From: Dubosiella newyorkensis
Lineage (GTDB): Bacteria; Bacillota_I; Bacilli_A; Erysipelotrichales; Erysipelotrichaceae
Direction of reading: 5' to 3'
DNA: 16,998 nt
Assembly (NCBI RefSeq): GCF_001945605.1
Contig: NZ_MPKA01000081.1
Span: forward strand, 1 to 16,998
Shown: positions 15,212-16,998 of the stretch, one piece after another
How positions within the stretch are numbered: the first letter of the stretch is position 1
How the letters are laid out: each line of letters starts with the position of its first letter
Made by a program: the position numbers and the translations under genes
Notes under the pieces: generated by a model
Databases searched by the model: none
Told to the model about the DNA's origin: nothing
Seen by the model: the letters and a program-made list of their open reading frames with translations, nothing else

Positions 15212-15611
15212 CTTCCCCTGGTTTTTTTTTCAAAAATTTTTGAACACGATCAACTAAATACATAGTTCCGTTTGTACCAATGTTAAATCTGTAATTCCAC
15301 CAACAAGGTTTATCCAATTGAAAACTTTTAATTTTAAAGTAATCACAAATCTTATCGATTAAATCTATTTCCAATAACGGTTCTCCACCGATGAAATCTA
15401 CAATAACCATTTCTGGAACGTGATCGTTATTTAAAAACTGATCAATTTGCTTTTTAGCAACATCAAATGTCATTTTCTTGTTGCTGGATTTATTTAAGAT
15501 ATAACAATATTTGCATCTTAAGTTACAATCTTCCGTAACAATAAACGTAATTGTTTTAGCAATCCCTTCCCCCCATGAAGGAACGAATTTCCCAACCAAA
15601 TAGTCACTCAT
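15168..15611 (-). CDS. radical SAM enzyme, N-terminal fragment (AdoMet [4Fe-4S] binding part)
   Basis: ITFIVTEDCNLRCKYCY is the CX3CX2C motif. DFIGGEPLL is the GGE SAM-binding motif and NIGTNGT is also present. A GAGG RBS is 7 nt upstream of ATG 15611. The frame ends 18 codons after the A9 run. Confidence 0.85.
   Translation of the reverse strand: MSDYLVGKFVPSWGEGIAKTITFIVTEDCNLRCKYCYILNKSSNKKMTFDVAKKQIDQFLNNDHVPEMVIVDFIGGEPLLEIDLIDKICDYFKIKSFQLDKPCWWNYRFNIGTNGTMYLVDRVQKFLKKKPGEGVSGNYIGWNKRKA
15222..15230 (-). repeat. A9 homopolymer (T9 on the + strand) at the maturase frameshift site
   Basis: Read directly: g-ttttttttt-c at 15221-15231. This is the only place where the two maturase reading frames can be joined. 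Confidence 0.95.
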
Positions 15612-16402
15612 AATCTAACCTCGCATAATATGAAAACAATCAGAACATGAGACGGAGTTGTGTTTTTGAAGTCTCCAGGCTCTGATTTCCTACCCCCATA
15701 CAGCGATTGGAAATCAAACTTTTTTCTCGGTTCATTCGAATTGCTTTCATTCTCTTTCTTTAGATAATGGTTACGCTTTAAATGAAGTTTTCGTCAATCT
15801 CCTTGCGTTTTCTTTGGAAGTCTTCCTAATTAAGACTTATTCTTCTCATCTCAAGACTATCTCCGAATACTTGAATCTTTCAAAATATAACCATTCAAAT
15901 TTCTGCAAAAGAGTGAAAGAATATTTACCACCATGAAAATAAATCTGGAGAAATTCATCCATTTATCTACATAGCGAAATGTCGATCGACATCTTCCGCA
16001 GTATCCATATAAACTAGGCTGAAATAACAGCCAATCTGTTTTTGAAAAAACCTTCAGAGTTTTGCTTTTGTAAAGTTCTTTTCTATACTCCAATTTTTCT
16101 CGAAGCAAGTGTAAAATCAGCTATTGCCCTAGTACATTGAATTTGCTCATTAAAGATAGCTTTCAACATACTTTTCCTTTCTAACTAAGCCTTTGTTTTC
16201 TGCTTAGGTTTATTCTAGAATCGAAATTGTGAATGTGTATTTGAGTTGTTTTCCTTGTAGCTTTGACTACCTTAGAAAGGATCTTGCCACTTCGGTGTTT
16301 TGAAACTGCTATCAGTTTGATGAGCCTTGAATTCGTATCGCACCAGGATCAGTTCTTCATCGCTTGTGGCTTTGACACATTGTTCACCATTCGAGGTTCA
16401 CT

Positions 16403-16501
16403 ATGATTGCGATCGGTATCGATATCGGCAAATTCAAACACTGCACTGCTGTTTATGACTCTTCCTTTTTACTTATGAACGCTATCATGCCAAAACTCTA
16501 G
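16403..16501 (+). pseudogene. possible N-terminal remnant of an IS110-family transposase
   Basis: ATG at 16403 gives MIAIGIDIGKFKHCTAVYDSSFLLMNAIMPKL*. The first 19 residues resemble the conserved IS110-family start (x-x-GIDI/V-x-K-x-KH-x-x-x-V-x-D). Similarity is lost afterwards and the frame stops after 32 codons. Confidence 0.3.
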
Positions 16502-16645
16502 AAAATGAGAAGTCACACTCTTTTATTTCTTGCCATTTATCAAAAGAATCTCAACTTTACTAAAATAAAACACTTTCTTTCGATATCCATACAAGTCAAC
16601 ATGTTTTCTATTTCCACATCCAGCCTCAAGCTGAGGGCTTATTTT

Positions 16646-16789
16646 TCATTTATGCCCGTCATTCGTCCCAAAAGGATGACTTATTTTCCAGCAATCATCC
16701 ACTTGATGATGTTCGGGACAGTATTGAGGCAGAAGAAGTATACTACCAACAAATACCGCTGTAATTAGCTTTAAAAGTTTCTTTTTCAT
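16646..16789 (-). CDS. hypothetical small secreted peptide, 47 aa
   Basis: MKKKLLKLITAVFVGSILLLPQYCPEHHQVDDCWKISHPFGTNDGHK has a signal-peptide-like N-terminus and 2 Cys. An AAAGGA RBS lies about 9 nt upstream. The longer 104-aa ORF-track version has an implausible AT-rich extension. Support is weak. Confidence 0.3.
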   Translation of the reverse strand: MKKKLLKLITAVFVGSILLLPQYCPEHHQVDDCWKISHPFGTNDGHK

Positions 16790-16938
16790 AACATATTGTC
16801 CTTTCTTTATTATAAATATGATAAAATTTATACAAAAGAAAAGGAATGAATTTCTTTCGAAATTCAAAAATGGCAGTGTCAATATTTTTGTGTAAATTGT
16901 TTTCTTAGTAATTAGTTCTGAGTTTGTTAAGGTGAATG

Positions 16939-16980
16939 AGCGAACACTAAGAAAAGGCATGCCTTTTCTTAGTGTTCGCT
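16939..16980. repeat. perfect 42-bp palindrome (21-nt arms)
   Basis: AGCGAACACTAAGAAAAGGCA|TGCCTTTTCTTAGTGTTCGCT is identical to its own reverse complement, checked base by base. It lies at the right edge of the AT-rich segment. Confidence 0.95.
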
Positions 16981-16998
16981 GCTCGTCGGCTGACGGGA

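Larger units (their letters stand above)
13472..15611 (-). pseudogene. radical SAM/SPASM peptide maturase, reconstructed full-length gene (about 712 aa) interrupted by a 1-nt frameshift in an A9 run
   Basis: The two overlapping ORFs (15168-15611 and 13472-15211) join into one continuous anSME-like sequence if one A is removed from the A9 tract: ...TNGTMYLVDRVQKFLKKNQGKVSLGITLDGTKEKHDLMR.... The first ORF carries CNLRCKYC and the second carries the SPASM Cys motifs. Confidence 0.8.

Noticed and set aside
15857-16108. 83-aa minus-strand ORF (MLREKLEYRKELYKSKTLKVFSKTDWLLFQPS...) upstream of the maturase, considered as a regulator or transposase
   Set aside because: - It has no RBS and no recognisable motif.
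- Neighbouring frames are broken.
- A faint resemblance to the central region of ISL3-type transposases is too weak to call by eye.
- It is treated as part of the decayed region rather than a gene.
16621-16650. Short hairpin AGCCTCA-agc-TGAGGGCT followed by TTATTTTT on the plus strand, considered as a terminator
   Set aside because: - The stem is only 7 bp and has a bulge.
- No convincing plus-strand gene ends there.
- On the minus strand it is not followed by a U-tract.
16505-16768. 87-aa plus-strand ORF (MRSHTLLFLAIYQKNLNF...)
   Set aside because: - It is AT-rich and low-complexity, with no RBS.
- It overlaps the slightly better-supported small minus-strand ORF.
- It is probably a chance ORF.
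16958-16998. ATG inside the palindrome giving MPFLSVR... on both strands (the plus-strand copy runs off the window)
   Set aside because: - The identical peptide on both strands is simply a consequence of the palindrome.
- There is no RBS.
- There is too little sequence to say whether a real gene starts here.

Overview
This window looks like a low-GC Gram-positive (Bacillota-type) chromosome and splits into two parts.

(1) Positions 1 to about 10200 are conserved housekeeping DNA of mid-40s % G+C by eye. They hold the tail of the ribosomal-protein/infA cluster (infA-rpmJ-rpsM), a flavodoxin, an AEC-family permease and a complete aspartate-to-threonine gene set. That set is arranged as two divergent, tightly coupled operons: thrC-thrB-ACT protein-DUF1461 membrane protein-maf on the minus strand, and hom-lysC-asd-GNAT on the plus strand.

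(2) Positions about 10200 to 16980 are an AT-rich accessory segment (about 20-35 % G+C by eye) that lacks the strong GATC enrichment of the backbone. Its core is a five-gene minus-strand operon:
- a radical SAM enzyme with two SPASM-like Cys clusters, currently split by a frameshift in an A9 run
- an 85-aa partner protein
- a 70-aa peptide with 12 cysteines in three 4-Cys modules
- an ABC exporter
- a translationally coupled lipoprotein

I read this as a candidate thioether-type (sacti-/ranthipeptide-like) RiPP system and the most interesting content of the window. It is flanked on the right by about 1.3 kb of decayed, mostly non-coding DNA. That DNA contains a possible IS110-type transposase N-terminal remnant and ends in a perfect 42-bp palindrome.

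No rRNA, tRNA or CRISPR array was seen. All family assignments come from motif recognition by eye, not from searches.
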